This document shows, piece after piece, positions 1 to 11,956 of a stretch of DNA of 64,000 nt. A model generated the notes under the pieces. That model did not search any database and was not told the origin of the DNA. It worked only from the letters and a program-made list of their open reading frames with translations. Each line of letters begins with the position of its first letter. Position 1 is the stretch's first letter. The stretch comes from an uncultured Gammaproteobacteria bacterium (lineage in GTDB: Bacteria; Pseudomonadota; Gammaproteobacteria; UBA9214). The stretch is from assembly GCA_963748215.1 (NCBI GenBank), contig CAVVHS010000009.1:192001-256000 (forward strand), read 5' to 3'. Position numbers and translations under genes: made by a program.

Positions 1-333
1 TATGCACAGAAGGTCAACCGCAAGATGTACCGTGCGGCCATGCGCTCGATCCTGTCCGAGCTGCTGCGCCAGGACCGTCTGCTGACGATCGAGTCGTTCG
101 ATGTTGCGGCGCCCAAGACGCGGGAACTGGCCGGCAAGCTGAAGGGACTGGGTCTGGACAACGTGCTGATCGTGTCCGACTCGGCGGATGACAACCTGTA
201 TCTGGCCGCACGCAACCTGCCGCGGGTCGCCGTGTGTGATGTGACCGATGCAGACCCGGTGAGCCTGGTCGGTTTCGACAAGGTACTGATGACCACCGGG
301 GCGTTGAAGCAACTCGAGGAGCGTCTCGCATGA
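1..333 (+). CDS. rplD: 50S ribosomal protein L4 (5' end outside window)
   Basis: [21 protein letters not shown]...NLYLAARNL...DPVSL motifs; directly upstream of rplW. Confidence 0.97.
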   Translation, partial: YAQKVNRKMYRAAMRSILSELLRQDRLLTIESFDVAAPKTRELAGKLKGLGLDNVLIVSDSADDNLYLAARNLPRVAVCDVTDADPVSLVGFDKVLMTTGALKQLEERLA

Positions 334-626
334 ACCGGGAACAATTGATGAAGGTGCTGCTGGCCCCGATCGTGTCGGAGAAGAGCACACGCCTGTCCGA
401 CGCGAGTCGCCAGTACATATTCAAGGTCCTGCCCGGTGCCACCAAGCCGGATATCAGGAAAGCCGTCGAACTGATGTTCGACGTAAGGGTCAACAGCGTC
501 CAGGTCAGCAACGTGCACGGCAAGGTCAAGCGTCACGGCGCCACCACCGGAAGGCGGGCTGACTGGAAAAAGGCCTACGTGACCCTGGCCGAAGGGCACG
601 ACATCGATTTCATGGGAGCGGAGTAG
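330..626 (+). CDS. rplW: 50S ribosomal protein L23
   Basis: APIVSEKS...DWKKAYVTL; S10 operon order. Confidence 0.98.
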   Translation: MNREQLMKVLLAPIVSEKSTRLSDASRQYIFKVLPGATKPDIRKAVELMFDVRVNSVQVSNVHGKVKRHGATTGRRADWKKAYVTLAEGHDIDFMGAE

Positions 627-667
627 ATTGCGCTCAGGGCGCGACCTTTGCACAAGGGAACAGTATA

Positions 668-1495
668 ATGTCACTCGTTAAAGCCAAACCAACCTCGCCC
701 GGCCGGCGCTTTGTCGTCACCGTGAGAACACCGGAGCTGCACAAGGGCAAGCCGCATGCCGCGCTGCTCGACGTGAAGCGCAAGAACGGCGGCAGGAACA
801 ATGCCGGTCGTATCACCACGCGCCACCATGGCGGCGGGCACAAGCAGCATTATCGCGTGGTCGACTTCAAGCGTGACAAGCTCGGCGTGCCGGCGAAAGT
901 GGAACGCATCGAATACGATCCGAACCGCTCGGCGCATATCGCCCTGCTGCTCTACGCGGATGGCGAACGGCGCTATATCCTGGCACCCAAGGGCGTCAAG
1001 GCGGGTGACGAGGTTCGCAACGGCAGCGACGCGCCGATCAAGGCCGGCAATGCCATGCCCATGCGCAACATCCCGGTAGGTGCCATGGTGCACAACATCG
1101 AGATGAAGCCGGGCAAGGGCGGCCAGCTGGCACGCAGTGCCGGCAGCAGCGCCCAGCTGGTGGCGCGCAGCGGCGATCACGCCACCCTGCGCCTGCGTTC
1201 GGGTGAAATGCGCAAGGTGCTTGCCGACTGCTTCGCCACCATCGGCGAGGTCGGCAACACGGAACACGGCCTGCGTTCGCTCGGCAAGGCCGGCGCCACG
1301 CGCTGGCGCGGCAAGCGTCCGACGGTGCGCGGTGTTGCCATGAACCCGGTCGATCATCCGCACGGCGGTGGCGAGGGTCGCACCTCGGGTGGCCGTCACC
1401 CGGTGAGTCCGTGGGGCACCCCGACCAAGGGTTACCGCACGCGCAGCAACAAGCGCACGGACAAGATGATCGTCAGACGGCGCAACAAAAAGTAA
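668..1495 (+). CDS. rplB: 50S ribosomal protein L2
   Basis: [24 protein letters not shown]; 275 aa. Confidence 0.99.
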   Translation: MSLVKAKPTSPGRRFVVTVRTPELHKGKPHAALLDVKRKNGGRNNAGRITTRHHGGGHKQHYRVVDFKRDKLGVPAKVERIEYDPNRSAHIALLLYADGERRYILAPKGVKAGDEVRNGSDAPIKAGNAMPMRNIPVGAMVHNIEMKPGKGGQLARSAGSSAQLVARSGDHATLRLRSGEMRKVLADCFATIGEVGNTEHGLRSLGKAGATRWRGKRPTVRGVAMNPVDHPHGGGEGRTSGGRHPVSPWGTPTKGYRTRSNKRTDKMIVRRRNKK

Positions 1496-1514
1496 TCATT
1501 GAGGATTCGAGACA

Positions 1515-1787
1515 GTGGCACGTTCAATCAGAAAAGGTCCGTTCATTGACAACCACCTGCAGCAAAAGGTGGACAAGGCGGTTGCCGAGCGCAACAAGCG
1601 TCCGATCAAGACCTGGTCGCGTCGATCCATGGTGATCCCGGAAATGGTCGGTCTCACGATCGCCATTCACAACGGCCGCCAGCATGTGCCGGTACTGATC
1701 AATGAAAACATGGTCGGTCACAAGCTCGGCGAGTTCGCCCTGACGCGGACGTTCCGCGGACACGCAGCCGACAGAAAGTCGAAGTAA
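1515..1787 (+). CDS. rpsS: 30S ribosomal protein S19
   Basis: [19 protein letters not shown]; GTG start. Confidence 0.99.
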   Translation: MARSIRKGPFIDNHLQQKVDKAVAERNKRPIKTWSRRSMVIPEMVGLTIAIHNGRQHVPVLINENMVGHKLGEFALTRTFRGHAADRKSK

Positions 1788-1799
1788 GAGGATAGAGAG

Positions 1800-2130
1800 A
1801 TGCAGGTCAGCGCGACATTGAAACAGGTGCATATCTCGCCGCAGAAGGCCCGCCTGGTGGCAGACCAGGTGCGTGGCTTGCAGGTCGAGAAGGCGCTCAA
1901 CCTGCTGCTGTTCAGCGACAAAAAGGCGGCAGGTATCGTGCGCAAGGTGCTGGAGTCCGCTATCGCCAACGCGGAGCACAACGAGGGCGCCGACATCGAT
2001 GAACTGAAGGTTGCGGCCATCTTCGTCAACGCAGGCACGCACACTGAAGCGTTTCCGCGCGCGTGCCAAGGGCCGTGGTAACCGGATTCTGAAACGTACC
2101 AGCCACATCACCGTAACGGTGGGTGACTGA
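1800..2130 (+). CDS. rplV: 50S ribosomal protein L22 (+1 frameshift near 2040, probably sequence error)
   Basis: N-terminal [15 protein letters not shown] in one frame; C-terminal [28 protein letters not shown] in the next frame, ending TGA 2128-2130. Confidence 0.95.
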
Positions 2131-2160
2131 CAGGACTAACAGGCAGAGGCAGATAGCAGC

Positions 2161-2836
2161 ATGGGTCAGAAAGTACATCCAACAGGCATACGGCTTGGCA
2201 TCGTCAAGGACTGGACATCCACGTGGTATGCCGGCGCCGGTGACTATGCCGACTACCTGAACATGGATCTCAAGATCCGTGACTTCATCAAGAAGCGCCT
2301 GTCGCAGGCGTCGGTGAGCCGCATCCAGATCGCGCGCCCTGCACACAATGCCGTGATTACCGTGCATACTGCGCGCCCCGGCATCGTGATCGGCAAGAAG
2401 GGCGAGGACATCGACAAGCTGCGCAAGGAAGTGTCGGAGAAGATGGGCGTGCCGGTGAACATCAACATCGAGGAGATCCGCAAGCCGGAACTCGACGCGC
2501 ACGCTGGTTGCCGAAAGTGTCGCGCAGCAGCTGGAGCGCCGCATCATGTTTCGCCGCGCCATGAAGCGCGCGGTGAGCAACTCCATGCGCATCGGTGCGC
2601 AGGGGATCAAGATCAAGGTCGGTGGCCGTCTGAACGGCGCCGAGATCGCCCGCAACGAATGGTATCGCGAGGGCCGTGTGCCGCTGCATACGCTGCGCGC
2701 GGATATCGATTACGGCACCGCCGAAGCCAATACCACCTATGGCAAGATCGGCGTCAAGGTCTGGATCTTCAAGGGCGAGGTCATCGGCAAGGAAGAAGAG
2801 GCCGAGGCGGAAGGCGCGCGCAAGGCGGCTTCCTGA
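2161..2836 (+). CDS. rpsC: 30S ribosomal protein S3 (+1 frameshift near 2500, probably sequence error)
   Basis: [13 protein letters not shown]...KPELDA, then [13 protein letters not shown]...[13 protein letters not shown] in the shifted frame (ORF 2546-2836). Confidence 0.95.
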
Positions 2837-2854
2837 TAGCGGAGAGCGACAGAC

Positions 2855-3268
2855 ATGTTACAGCCCAAGAGAACAAAATTTCGCAAGCAGCAGAAGGGTC
2901 GCAACCGCGGCCTGGCGCAGCGCGGCAGCAAGGTCAGCTTCGGTGAATACGGCCTGAAGGCGACCGACCGTGGACGCATGACCTCGCGCCAGATCGAGGC
3001 GGCGCGCCGCACCATCACGCGCTTCGTAAAGCGCGGTGGCAAACTGTGGATTCGCGTGTTTCCGGACGTGCCGATTACCAAGAAGCCGATTGAGGTACGT
3101 CAGGGCAAGGGCAAGGGCAACGTCGAATACTGGATTGCCCAGATCCAGCCAGGCCGCATGCTGTATGAAATCGAAGGCGTTTCGGAAGACGTGGCACGCG
3201 AGGCCTTCAAGCTGGCGGCGGCGAAACTGCCCTTCAAGACAACCTTTGTAGCACGGACGGTGATGTGA
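2855..3268 (+). CDS. rplP: 50S ribosomal protein L16
   Basis: [16 protein letters not shown]...[10 protein letters not shown]. Confidence 0.99.
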   Translation: MLQPKRTKFRKQQKGRNRGLAQRGSKVSFGEYGLKATDRGRMTSRQIEAARRTITRFVKRGGKLWIRVFPDVPITKKPIEVRQGKGKGNVEYWIAQIQPGRMLYEIEGVSEDVAREAFKLAAAKLPFKTTFVARTVM

Positions 3269-3471
3269 TGAATGCCGCGGATATGAGAAGCAAGACAGTC
3301 AGCGAGCTGAAGCTGGAGCTGGAGAATCTGCTGCGCGAGAAATTCAATCTCAGCATGCAGCGCGGGACTGGCCAGCTGTCGCGCCCGGACCAGATCACCA
3401 AGGTACGCAAGGATATTGCCAGGGTCAACACCGTGTTGAACGAGAAAGCGAAGGCGGGCAAGCAGGTATGA
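3268..3471 (+). CDS. rpmC: 50S ribosomal protein L29
   Basis: LLREKFNL...[15 protein letters not shown]; ATG overlaps the rplP stop. Confidence 0.97.
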   Translation: MNAADMRSKTVSELKLELENLLREKFNLSMQRGTGQLSRPDQITKVRKDIARVNTVLNEKAKAGKQV

Positions 3472-3728
3472 ACGAGACGAACCAGACAATCCGCACGGTA
3501 ACCGGCAGGGTTATCAGCGACAAGATGGACAAGACGGCCACCGTGCTGATCGAGCGCAAGGTCAAGCATCCGGTGTACGGCAAGTACATCCGGCGTTCGA
3601 CCAAGCTGCACATCCATGACGAGAACAACGCCTGCCGTGAAGGTGACCTGGTTACGATCCAGGAATGCCGGCCGCTATCCAAGACCAAATCGTGGAAGCT
3701 GGTCGAGGTTGTCGGACGCAGCGAATAA
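3468..3728 (+). CDS. rpsQ: 30S ribosomal protein S17
   Basis: [11 protein letters not shown]...[11 protein letters not shown]. Confidence 0.99.
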   Translation: MNETNQTIRTVTGRVISDKMDKTATVLIERKVKHPVYGKYIRRSTKLHIHDENNACREGDLVTIQECRPLSKTKSWKLVEVVGRSE

Positions 3729-3770
3729 ACCGCGCCCGGTTAACGTAACGAGACAGAACGGAAAAACAGC

Positions 3771-4139
3771 ATGATACAGATGCAGACAATTCTTGATGTG
3801 GCGGACAACAGCGGCGCGCGCCGTCTGATGTGCATCAAGGTTCTGGGTGGTTCGCACCGCCGCTATGCGCGCATTGGCGACATTATCAAGGTCAGTGTGA
3901 AAGAGGCGATACCGCGCGGCAAGGTGAAGAAGGGCGACGTCTACAATGCCGTCGTGGTGCGTACCCGCAAGGGTGTGCGCCGTCCCGACGGATCGCTGAT
4001 TCGCTTCGACGGCAACGCGGCCGTGCTGCTGAACAACCAGCTGCAGCCGATCGGTACGCGTATCTTCGGACCGGTGACGCGCGAGCTGCGCAGCGAGCGT
4101 TTCATGAAAATTATTTCGCTGGCACCTGAAGTGCTGTAG
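3771..4139 (+). CDS. rplN: 50S ribosomal protein L14
   Basis: [16 protein letters not shown]...[10 protein letters not shown]. Confidence 0.99.
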   Translation: MIQMQTILDVADNSGARRLMCIKVLGGSHRRYARIGDIIKVSVKEAIPRGKVKKGDVYNAVVVRTRKGVRRPDGSLIRFDGNAAVLLNNQLQPIGTRIFGPVTRELRSERFMKIISLAPEVL

Positions 4140-4148
4140 GAACAGATA

Positions 4149-4466
4149 ATGAACAGAATCAGGAAAGGTGATGAAGTCATCGTCATCGCGGGCAGGGACA
4201 AGGGCAAGCGTGGCAACGTGCTGCGTGTAATGGCAGACGGCAGACTGGTGGTCGCGGACATCAATATGGTCAAGCGCCACACCAAGCCGAACCCGGGCCG
4301 GGGAGTGCCGGGCGGAATCGTCGAGAAGGAAATGCCGATCGATCCTTCCAATATCATGCTGTTCAACCCGCAGACGAACAAGGGTGATCGCGTCGGCTTC
4401 AAGATGCTCGACGATGGTCGCAAGGTGCGGTTTTTCAAGTCCACCAGTGAAGTGGTGGATGTCTGA
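4149..4466 (+). CDS. rplX: 50S ribosomal protein L24
   Basis: KOW motif [17 protein letters not shown]. Confidence 0.99.
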   Translation: MNRIRKGDEVIVIAGRDKGKRGNVLRVMADGRLVVADINMVKRHTKPNPGRGVPGGIVEKEMPIDPSNIMLFNPQTNKGDRVGFKMLDDGRKVRFFKSTSEVVDV

Positions 4467-4483
4467 TTCGATGGTACAGAGAC

Positions 4484-5023
4484 ATGGCCAGGCTTAAACA
4501 GTTTTATACAGACTCCGTGGTTCCCGCGCTGATGCAGCAGTTCAGCTACAGCAACCCGATGGAGATTCCGCGTATCACCAAGATCACGCTCAACATGGGT
4601 GTGGGCGAGGCCGTCGCCGACCGCAAGGTGATGGAGCATGCGGTGGGAGATATGACGAAGATCGCCGGCCAGAAACCGATCGTGATCAATGCGCGCAAGT
4701 CGGTCGCCGGCTTCAAGGTGCGCGAGGGCTGGCCGGTTGGCTGCAAGGTGACCCTGCGCCGCGACCAGATGTACGAATTCCTGGATCGGCTGATCAACAT
4801 CGCCATCCCGCGTATTCGTGACTTCCGCGGCATGAACCCGAAGGGATTCGACGGGCGCGGCAACTACAATATGGGTGTCAAGGAGCAGATCATCTTTCCG
4901 GAAATCGATTACGACAAGATCGATGCCCTGCGCGGCATGGATATTACATTCACGACAACGGCAAAAACGGATGAAGAGGGACGCGCCCTGCTGGCTGCAT
5001 TCAACTTCCCGTTCAGGCACTGA
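4484..5023 (+). CDS. rplE: 50S ribosomal protein L5
   Basis: [11 protein letters not shown]...PRIRDFRG...FDGRGNY. Confidence 0.99.
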   Translation: MARLKQFYTDSVVPALMQQFSYSNPMEIPRITKITLNMGVGEAVADRKVMEHAVGDMTKIAGQKPIVINARKSVAGFKVREGWPVGCKVTLRRDQMYEFLDRLINIAIPRIRDFRGMNPKGFDGRGNYNMGVKEQIIFPEIDYDKIDALRGMDITFTTTAKTDEEGRALLAAFNFPFRH

Positions 5024-5032
5024 GGCAGAGAT

Positions 5033-5338
5033 ATGGCGAAGAATTCAATGATCGCTCGCGAGAGCAGGCGTGCACGCACAGTCAAGCGCTATGCCGCCAG
5101 ACGCGATGCGCTGAAAGCGATTATCAAGAGCCCCACGGCGTCCTACGACGAGCGCTACCAGGCGCAGATGAAGCTGCAGGAGCAGCCGCGTGATGCAAGC
5201 CCCGTGCGCAAGCGCAACCGTTGTCGTGTGACCGGTCGCCCGCACGGCTACTACCGTAAATTCGGACTGTCCCGGAACAAGTTGCGCGAGGCTGCCATGC
5301 GCGGCGACGTTCCCGGTCTGGTCAAGGCAAGCTGGTAA
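5033..5338 (+). CDS. rpsN: 30S ribosomal protein S14 (long, zinc-independent type)
   Basis: 101 aa, [25 protein letters not shown], lacks paired CxxC motifs. Confidence 0.99.
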   Translation: MAKNSMIARESRRARTVKRYAARRDALKAIIKSPTASYDERYQAQMKLQEQPRDASPVRKRNRCRVTGRPHGYYRKFGLSRNKLREAAMRGDVPGLVKASW

Positions 5339-5344
5339 ACGATT

Positions 5345-5737
5345 ATGATGACAGATCCGATTGCAGATTTTCTGACCCGTATCCGTAACGGGCAGACTGC
5401 CAGCAAGACACAGGTGAGCATGCCGTCCTCGCAGCTGAAGTGCGCGATTGCGCAGGTGCTGCAGAATGAAGGCTACATCAAGGGCTTTTCCGTCTCCGAG
5501 GCGGACGGCAAGCCGGTACTGTCTGTAGAGCTGAAATACTACAACGGCAAGCCGGTAATCGAGACTATCCAGCGTGCCAGTCGACCGGGACTGCGCCTGT
5601 ACAAGGGCAAGGAAGAGATTCCGAGTATCCAGAACGGCCTTGGTGTGGCGATCATTTCGACTTCCAAGGGTGTGATGAGCGACCGCCAGGCCCGCGAGGC
5701 CGGACAGGGCGGTGAAGTGCTCTGCTTCGTGAGTTAA
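5345..5737 (+). CDS. rpsH: 30S ribosomal protein S8
   Basis: [13 protein letters not shown]...[14 protein letters not shown]. Confidence 0.99.
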   Translation: MMTDPIADFLTRIRNGQTASKTQVSMPSSQLKCAIAQVLQNEGYIKGFSVSEADGKPVLSVELKYYNGKPVIETIQRASRPGLRLYKGKEEIPSIQNGLGVAIISTSKGVMSDRQAREAGQGGEVLCFVS

Positions 5738-5755
5738 GCCAGGCGGGTTATAGAC

Positions 5756-6289
5756 ATGTCAAGAGTTGCAAAAATGCCGGTTGTGCTGCCCAAGGCGGTG
5801 GAAATCACCGCCAGCGGCCAGCAGGTGACGGTAAAGGGCCCCAAGGGGACGCTGTCGCATACCATTCACGACCTTGTCGAGATGGTGCGCGAGGAAGGCG
5901 AGCTGACGTTCCGCGCGCGGAACGAGTCGCAGGCAGCCAATGCGCTGGCCGGCACTACCCGTGCGATTCTGAACAACCTGGTCATGGGAGTCAGCGACGG
6001 ATTCGAGCGCAAGCTGGAACTGGTCGGCGTCGGATACCGTGCCCAGGCCAAGGGCAAGGTGCTGAACCTGACGCTGGGTTTCTCGCACCCGGTGGATTAC
6101 GAATTGCCGGAGGGCGTGACCGCCGAGACCCCGAGCCAGACCGAAATCCTGGTCAAGGGTTGCGACAAGCAGAAGGTCGGCCAGGTCGCCGCGGAAATCC
6201 GCGCTTACCGTCCGCCGGAGCCCTACAAGGGCAAGGGTGTTCGCTACTCGGACGAAGTTGTCGTCCGCAAAGAAGCGAAGAAGAAATAG
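5756..6289 (+). CDS. rplF: 50S ribosomal protein L6
   Basis: [13 protein letters not shown]. Confidence 0.99.
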   Translation: MSRVAKMPVVLPKAVEITASGQQVTVKGPKGTLSHTIHDLVEMVREEGELTFRARNESQAANALAGTTRAILNNLVMGVSDGFERKLELVGVGYRAQAKGKVLNLTLGFSHPVDYELPEGVTAETPSQTEILVKGCDKQKVGQVAAEIRAYRPPEPYKGKGVRYSDEVVVRKEAKKK

Positions 6290-6313
6290 GCATTATTCAG
6301 GCAGGCACTGGTT

Positions 6314-6667
6314 ATGGACAAGAAACAGACACGTTTGCGCCGCGCACGGCGCACCCGCTCCCACATCAAGAAACTGGGGGCAAACCGGCTGTGCATTCAC
6401 CGTACGCCGCGCCACATCTATGCGCAGGTCATCTCGCCGGAAGGCGACCGCGTCATGGTCAGCGCATCCACGCTGGACAAGGACGTGCGCAAGGATATCG
6501 GCAAGACCGGCGATACCAGCGCCGCCATTGCGGTCGGCAAGATGATCGCCGAACGTGCCAAGGGCGCCGGTATCACGCATGTTGCGTTCGACCGTTCCGG
6601 TTTCAAATATCATGGCCGCGTGAAAGCGCTGGCCGATGCCGCACGTGAAGGCGGCCTCGAATTCTGA
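6314..6667 (+). CDS. rplR: 50S ribosomal protein L18
   Basis: [26 protein letters not shown]. Confidence 0.99.
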   Translation: MDKKQTRLRRARRTRSHIKKLGANRLCIHRTPRHIYAQVISPEGDRVMVSASTLDKDVRKDIGKTGDTSAAIAVGKMIAERAKGAGITHVAFDRSGFKYHGRVKALADAAREGGLEF

Positions 6668-6681
6668 TCAAGGGCTGAGTT

Positions 6682-7188
6682 ATGGCAAGGGTAGAATCAC
6701 AGGTACAGGGCGACGGTCTGCTGGAAAAGCTGGTCACCGTCAATCGTGTCGCGAAGGTTGTGAAAGGCGGACGCCAGTTCGGCTTCACCGCGCTGACCGT
6801 GGTCGGTGACGGCGAAGGACGGGTCGGTTACGGTTATGGCAAGGCGCGTGAAGTGCCGGTAGCCATCCAGAAGGCCATGGAATCTGCGCGCAAGAACATG
6901 ATCAGCGTCGCCCTCAAGGAAGGTACCCTGCAGTACCCGCTGACCGCGCGCCACGGCGCCGCCAAGGTCTACATGCAGCCGGCCTCGGAAGGTACCGGAA
7001 TTATCGCCGGGGGCGCCATGCGCGCCGTGTTCGAGGTGGTCGGGGTGCACAACGTGCTGGCCAAGTGCATTGGATCCAGCAACCCGATGAACGTGCTGCG
7101 CGCCACCATACGCGGCCTGGAGCAGATGCGTTCGCCGGAAGAGGTCGCCAGCAAGCGCGGCAAGACGATCAAGGAAATCCTGGAGTAA
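6682..7188 (+). CDS. rpsE: 30S ribosomal protein S5
   Basis: [11 protein letters not shown]...[12 protein letters not shown]. Confidence 0.99.
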   Translation: MARVESQVQGDGLLEKLVTVNRVAKVVKGGRQFGFTALTVVGDGEGRVGYGYGKAREVPVAIQKAMESARKNMISVALKEGTLQYPLTARHGAAKVYMQPASEGTGIIAGGAMRAVFEVVGVHNVLAKCIGSSNPMNVLRATIRGLEQMRSPEEVASKRGKTIKEILE

Positions 7189-7192
7189 GAAC

Positions 7193-7378
7193 ATGGCTGC
7201 AACCAAGAAGATCAGGGTAACGCAGACCCGCAGCGTCTACGGGCGCCTTCGGAGCCACCGCGACACCGTGCGCGGCCTGGGACTGCGTCGCATGCATCAC
7301 ACCGTCGAGCTGGATGACACGCCCGAGGTGCGCGGCATGATCAACAAGATCCAGTACATGCTCAGGATCGAGGACTAG
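7193..7378 (+). CDS. rpmD: 50S ribosomal protein L30
   Basis: TVRGLGLRR...[11 protein letters not shown]. Confidence 0.98.
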   Translation: MAATKKIRVTQTRSVYGRLRSHRDTVRGLGLRRMHHTVELDDTPEVRGMINKIQYMLRIED

Positions 7379-7381
7379 AAC

Positions 7382-7816
7382 ATGAGATTGAATACACTGA
7401 AGCCGGGTGCCGGCAGCAGGACGAATGCCAGGCGCGTCGGGCGCGGCATCGGCTCCGGGCTGGGCAAGACCTGCGGTCGTGGCCACAAGGGGCAGAAAGA
7501 GCGCTCCGGCGGTTTCCACAAGGTCGGTTTCGAGGGCGGCCAGATGCCGTTGCAGCGGCGCCTGCCGAAGTTCGGCTTTTCCACCGCCAAGTCGCGCAGT
7601 ACCGGCGAGATCCGCCTGCATGAGCTGGCAGGTGTGGATGCCGAGGTGATTGACCTGGATGCACTGAAGAAGGCGAACCTGATTGCGCGCAGCATCACGC
7701 GTGTCAAGGTATTCGCCTCGGGCAAGCTCGACAAGGCTGTGACCCTGAAGGGGCTGCAGGTGACACGCGGCGCACGTGCCGCCATCGAATCTGCCGGGGG
7801 CAGGATCGAGGACTAA
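7382..7816 (+). CDS. rplO: 50S ribosomal protein L15
   Basis: [11 protein letters not shown]...[17 protein letters not shown]. Confidence 0.99.
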   Translation: MRLNTLKPGAGSRTNARRVGRGIGSGLGKTCGRGHKGQKERSGGFHKVGFEGGQMPLQRRLPKFGFSTAKSRSTGEIRLHELAGVDAEVIDLDALKKANLIARSITRVKVFASGKLDKAVTLKGLQVTRGARAAIESAGGRIED

Positions 7817-9172
7817 ATGGCTACCGGTCCCTCCATCTCGGGCGCTGCCGCGGGTTTCGGTCAGCTGAAAGAGCTGCGTCAGCGGCTCTTTTTCGTCATT
7901 GGCGCCATCATCGTGTTCCGCATCGGATCCTTTATTCCGTTGCCGGGCATCGATCCGCACGTGCTGGCGGCGCTGGTCGAACAGCAGCGCGGCACCATCC
8001 TGGAAATGTTCAACATGTTTTCCGGCGGTGCGCTCGAGCGCCTGTCGCTGTTCGCGCTCGGCATCATGCCCTATATCTCGGCCTCCATTATCATGAACCT
8101 GCTGACCGTGACGGTGCCGTCGCTGGAGCAGCTCAAGAAAGAAGGGGGCGAGGCCGGCCGCCACAAGATCACCCAGTACACCCGCTACGGCACGGTGGGC
8201 CTGGCGACCATGCAGGCGTTCGGTATCTCAACCGCGCTGCAGGCGCAGCAGGTGGCCGGCAGTGGCCTGGTGCTGAATCCCGGCCCGGCTTTCGTGCTCA
8301 CCGCGGTGGTGACGCTGGTTACCGGCACGGTATTCCTGATGTGGCTCGGCGAGCAGGTCACCGAGCGTGGCGTCGGTAACGGCATCTCGATCATCATCTT
8401 TTCCGGTATCGTCGCCGGCCTGCCGTCGGCGATCGGCGGCACGCTGGAACTGGTGCGCACCGGTGAAATGAATTTCATGACCATCCTGCTGCTGTTTGCG
8501 CTGGCGCTGGCAGTGACCGGCTTTGTGGTGTTCGTCGAACGCGGCCAGCGCCGTATCACGGTAAACTATGCCAAGCGCCAGCAGGGCCGCAAGGTGTACG
8601 CCGCGCAGAGCACCCACCTGCCGCTGAAGCTGAACATGGCCGGCGTGATTCCGCCGATCTTCGCCTCCAGTATCATCCTGTTCCCGGCGACCATGGGCAG
8701 CTGGGTCGGGCAGCACGAGGGCATGGACTGGTTGCGCGATATTGCCGCGACGCTGTCGCCGGGCCAGCCGCTGTATGTGATCTTCTATGCCCTGGCGATC
8801 GTGTTTTTCTGCTTCTTCTATACGGCACTGGTGTTCAACGCCAAGGAGACGGCAGATAACCTGAAGAAGTCCGGCGCGTTCATTCCGGGTATCCGTCCCG
8901 GCGACCAGACCGCGCAGTACATCGACCGTGTGATGACCCGGCTGACCACCGCCGGTGCCATGTATATCACGCTGGTGTGCCTGATGCCGGAGTTCCTGAT
9001 TCTGTACTGGAACGTGCCGTTCTATTTCGGCGGTACGTCGTTGTTGATTATTGTCGTGGTGACCATGGATTTCATGGCGCAGGTTCAGACCCACCTGGTA
9101 TCGCACCAGTACAGCGGGTTGATGAAGAAGGCGAACCTGAAAGGCCACGGCGGAACCGGCATGCTGCGTTAG
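7817..9172 (+). CDS. secY: preprotein translocase subunit SecY
   Basis: [34 protein letters not shown]. Confidence 0.99.
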   Translation: MATGPSISGAAAGFGQLKELRQRLFFVIGAIIVFRIGSFIPLPGIDPHVLAALVEQQRGTILEMFNMFSGGALERLSLFALGIMPYISASIIMNLLTVTVPSLEQLKKEGGEAGRHKITQYTRYGTVGLATMQAFGISTALQAQQVAGSGLVLNPGPAFVLTAVVTLVTGTVFLMWLGEQVTERGVGNGISIIIFSGIVAGLPSAIGGTLELVRTGEMNFMTILLLFALALAVTGFVVFVERGQRRITVNYAKRQQGRKVYAAQSTHLPLKLNMAGVIPPIFASSIILFPATMGSWVGQHEGMDWLRDIAATLSPGQPLYVIFYALAIVFFCFFYTALVFNAKETADNLKKSGAFIPGIRPGDQTAQYIDRVMTRLTTAGAMYITLVCLMPEFLILYWNVPFYFGGTSLLIIVVVTMDFMAQVQTHLVSHQYSGLMKKANLKGHGGTGMLR

Positions 9173-9199
9173 TGGCGGTCTCTACAAGGGTGTAATGAC

Positions 9200-9313
9200 A
9201 TGAAAGTGCGTGCTTCGGTCAAGCGTATCTGTCGCAACTGCAAGATTGTTCGGCGCAAAGGTGTGGTGCGGGTCATCTGCAAGGATGGTCGCCACAAGCA
9301 GCGTCAGGGCTGA
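9200..9313 (+). CDS. rpmJ: 50S ribosomal protein L36 (zinc-binding type); too short for the ORF track
   Basis: Manual translation [37 protein letters not shown]. Confidence 0.98.
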   Translation: MKVRASVKRICRNCKIVRRKGVVRVICKDGRHKQRQG

Positions 9314-9404
9314 GCAGTCGCTGATATATGCAAGACATTGAAATAAATATGTATTTGAAACAAGCAACGCGGGTATCCCGGGTTCTTCCGGTGGATGTTT
9401 GTGT

Positions 9405-9433
9405 TTGATTTATTGGCCATAGGGGGTTATTCT
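9405..9433 (+). promoter_or_regulatory. putative sigma70 promoter of the alpha operon
   Basis: TTGATT-17 bp-TATTCT in the AT-rich rpmJ-rpsM gap, where E. coli has P-alpha. Confidence 0.5.
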
Positions 9434-9484
9434 TACCCGCTTTTTCGCGCCACGCTAAAACGTACTGAGTTGGAGAAGATCTAA

Positions 9485-9843
9485 ATGGCTCGTATAGCCG
9501 GAATTAATATTGCAGATCACAAGCATACGATGATTGCCCTGACCGGTATCTACGGTATCGGCCGGGTGACCGCGCAGAAGATCTGCGACGCCACGGGCGT
9601 CAAGCGGGACATGAAGATCAAGGATCTCAGCGAGCCCGAGCTTGAAAAAATCCGCAACGAGATCGCGCAAGCTACACCGTGGAAGGTGACCTGCGCCGTA
9701 CCGTGTCCATGAACATCAAGCGGCTCATGGACCTGGGCTGCTACCGCGGTATCCGCCATCGTCGCGGCCTGCCGCTGCGTGGCCAGCGGACCCGGACCAA
9801 CGCACGTACCCGCAAGGGCCCGCGGCGTCCGATCCGCAAGTAA
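9485..9843 (+). CDS. rpsM: 30S ribosomal protein S13 (net +2 frameshift at 9668-9672, probably sequence error)
   Basis: MARIAGINI...RNEIA, then YTVEGDLRR...[20 protein letters not shown] in another frame; 359 nt versus 357 nt for a 118-aa S13. Confidence 0.95.
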
Positions 9844-9882
9844 CCCATCAACGAATCGACTAGATAAAACTGGAATCCAGGT

Positions 9883-10266
9883 ATGGCAAAGGCACCTGTA
9901 CGCAAGAAGGTGAAGAAGGATGTCGCAGACGGCATCGCGCATATTCACGCTTCGTTCAACAACACCATCATCACGATCACCGATCGCCAGGGCAATGCGC
10001 TGGCCTGGGCGACATCCGGCGGATCGGGTTTCCGCGGCTCGCGCAAGAGCACGCCGTTCGCCGCACAGGTCGCCGCCGAAAAGGCCGGTGAAAAGGTGAA
10101 GGAATACGGCATGAAGAACCTCGAGGTCGAGGTGAAAGGGCCGGGACCCGGCCGCGAATCTGCCGTGCGGGCGCTGAACAACTGCGGTTTCCAGATCACC
10201 AACATAACCGACGTAACGCCGATACCGCACAACGGTTGCCGGCCGCCGAAGAAACGCCGCGTGTAA
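9883..10266 (+). CDS. rpsK: 30S ribosomal protein S11
   Basis: HASFNNTI...[18 protein letters not shown]. Confidence 0.99.
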   Translation: MAKAPVRKKVKKDVADGIAHIHASFNNTIITITDRQGNALAWATSGGSGFRGSRKSTPFAAQVAAEKAGEKVKEYGMKNLEVEVKGPGPGRESAVRALNNCGFQITNITDVTPIPHNGCRPPKKRRV

Positions 10267-10281
10267 GGGAAGGATAGAGAT

Positions 10282-10908
10282 ATGGCCAAGTACACCGGAT
10301 CCAAGTGTCGCCAGTGCCGTCGTGAAGGCGGCAAGCTGTTCCTGAAAGGCGAGAAATGCTTCACTGCCAAGTGCGCCGTCGAGAGCCGTCCGTTCCCGCC
10401 AGGCCAGCACGGCCAGCGCCGCACGCGCCTGTCCGACTATGCCACCCAGCTGCGCGAAAAACAGAAGGTGCGCCGCGTCTACGGCATACTGGAGCGCCAG
10501 TTCCGCAACTACTACAAGAAGGCCGCCAGCACCAAGGGCTCGACCGGTGAGAACCTGTTGCAGCTGCTGGAGGGTCGTCTCGACAACGTGGTCTACCGCA
10601 TGGGTTTTTCTGCCTCGCGCAGCGAATCACGCCAGCTGGTGCGTCACAACGCCATCAGCGTTAACGGCTCGCGCGTGAATATCCCGTCCTACCAGGTACA
10701 GCCGAACGACGTCATCACGGTAAACGAGAAGAGTCGCAACCAGCTGCGCATCCAGTCCGCCATGGACCTGGCCCAGCAGCGCGGCATCGCCGACTGGATC
10801 GATGTGGACGCAAAGAAGATGCAGGGCGTGTACAAGTCACGTCCCGAGCGCAGTGAACTGCCGGCCGATATCAACGAGCATCTGATCGTTGAATTGTATT
10901 CCAAGTAA
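10282..10908 (+). CDS. rpsD: 30S ribosomal protein S4
   Basis: [14 protein letters not shown]...LIVELYSK. Confidence 0.99.
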   Translation: MAKYTGSKCRQCRREGGKLFLKGEKCFTAKCAVESRPFPPGQHGQRRTRLSDYATQLREKQKVRRVYGILERQFRNYYKKAASTKGSTGENLLQLLEGRLDNVVYRMGFSASRSESRQLVRHNAISVNGSRVNIPSYQVQPNDVITVNEKSRNQLRIQSAMDLAQQRGIADWIDVDAKKMQGVYKSRPERSELPADINEHLIVELYSK

Positions 10909-10926
10909 CACTTGAGGGACCTGTAC

Positions 10927-11935
10927 ATGCTGGGTAATGTCAACGAATTCCTGAAACCCCGTATCGTGGATGTCCAGGCGATCAGCAACAATCACGCCCG
11001 GGTTACGCTGGAGCCACTGGAACGCGGCTTCGGCCATACGCTTGGCAATGCATTGCGCCGTATCCTGCTGTCATCCATGCCGGGTACCGCCATCGTCAAT
11101 GCGGAGATCGAGGGTGTGCTGCACGAGTACTCCACCATCGAGGGCGTGCAGGAAGACGTGATCGATATCCTGCTGAACCTGAAGAAGGTCGCGTTGCGGA
11201 TGCATAGCCGCGACGAAGCCACCCTGACGCTCAGCAAGAAGGGCCCGGGTCCGGTCACCGCCGGCGACATCAAGCTCGACCACGACATCGAGGTCATCAA
11301 CCCGGACTTCGTGATCGCCAACCTGACCAAGGCCGGCGAACTGAGCATGACCCTGAAGGTCGCCAAGGGCCGCGGCTATCAGCCGGCCACGCGCCGCGAC
11401 GACGAGGAAAGCGAGGGCCGCACCATCGGCAGCCTGCAGCTGGACGCCTCCTTCAGCCCGGTCAGCCGCATCTCCTACAATGTCGACCGCGCCCGCGTCG
11501 AGCAGCGTACCGACCTGGACAAGCTGATCATCGACATCGAGACCAACGGCACCGTCGATCCGGAAGAGGCGATCCGTCACGCCGCGACCATTCTGCAGGA
11601 CCAGCTGTCCGCGTTCGTCGACCTGCAGGCCAGTGCCCAGGAAGCCTCGACCGCGCCGGAAGCCGACATCGACCCGATCCTGCTGCGCCCGGTCGACGAC
11701 CTGGAGCTGACCGTGCGTTCTGCCAACTGCCTGAAGGCGGAAAGCATCTATTTCATCGGTGACCTGATCCAGCGTACCGAGGTCGAGCTGCTCAAGACCC
11801 CGAACCTGGGCAAGAAGTCGCTCACCGAGATCAAGGACGTGCTGGCCACGCAAGGGCCTGTCACTGGGTATGCGTCTGGAGAACTGGCCGCCGGCCAGGC
11901 TCGCCAGCAAGAAAATCGAGGCCGTGACCGGCTGA
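10927..11935 (+). CDS. rpoA: RNA polymerase alpha subunit (+1 frameshift at 11851, probably sequence error)
   Basis: [18 protein letters not shown]; the conserved tail [15 protein letters not shown] lies in the +1 frame ending TGA 11933-11935. Confidence 0.96.
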
Positions 11936-11956
11936 AGCCACCACAGGATTTGAATC

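Noticed and set aside
1800-11935. rplV, rpsC, rpsM and rpoA as pseudogenes
   Set aside because: They are essential genes, intact on both sides of the shift; sequence error is far likelier.
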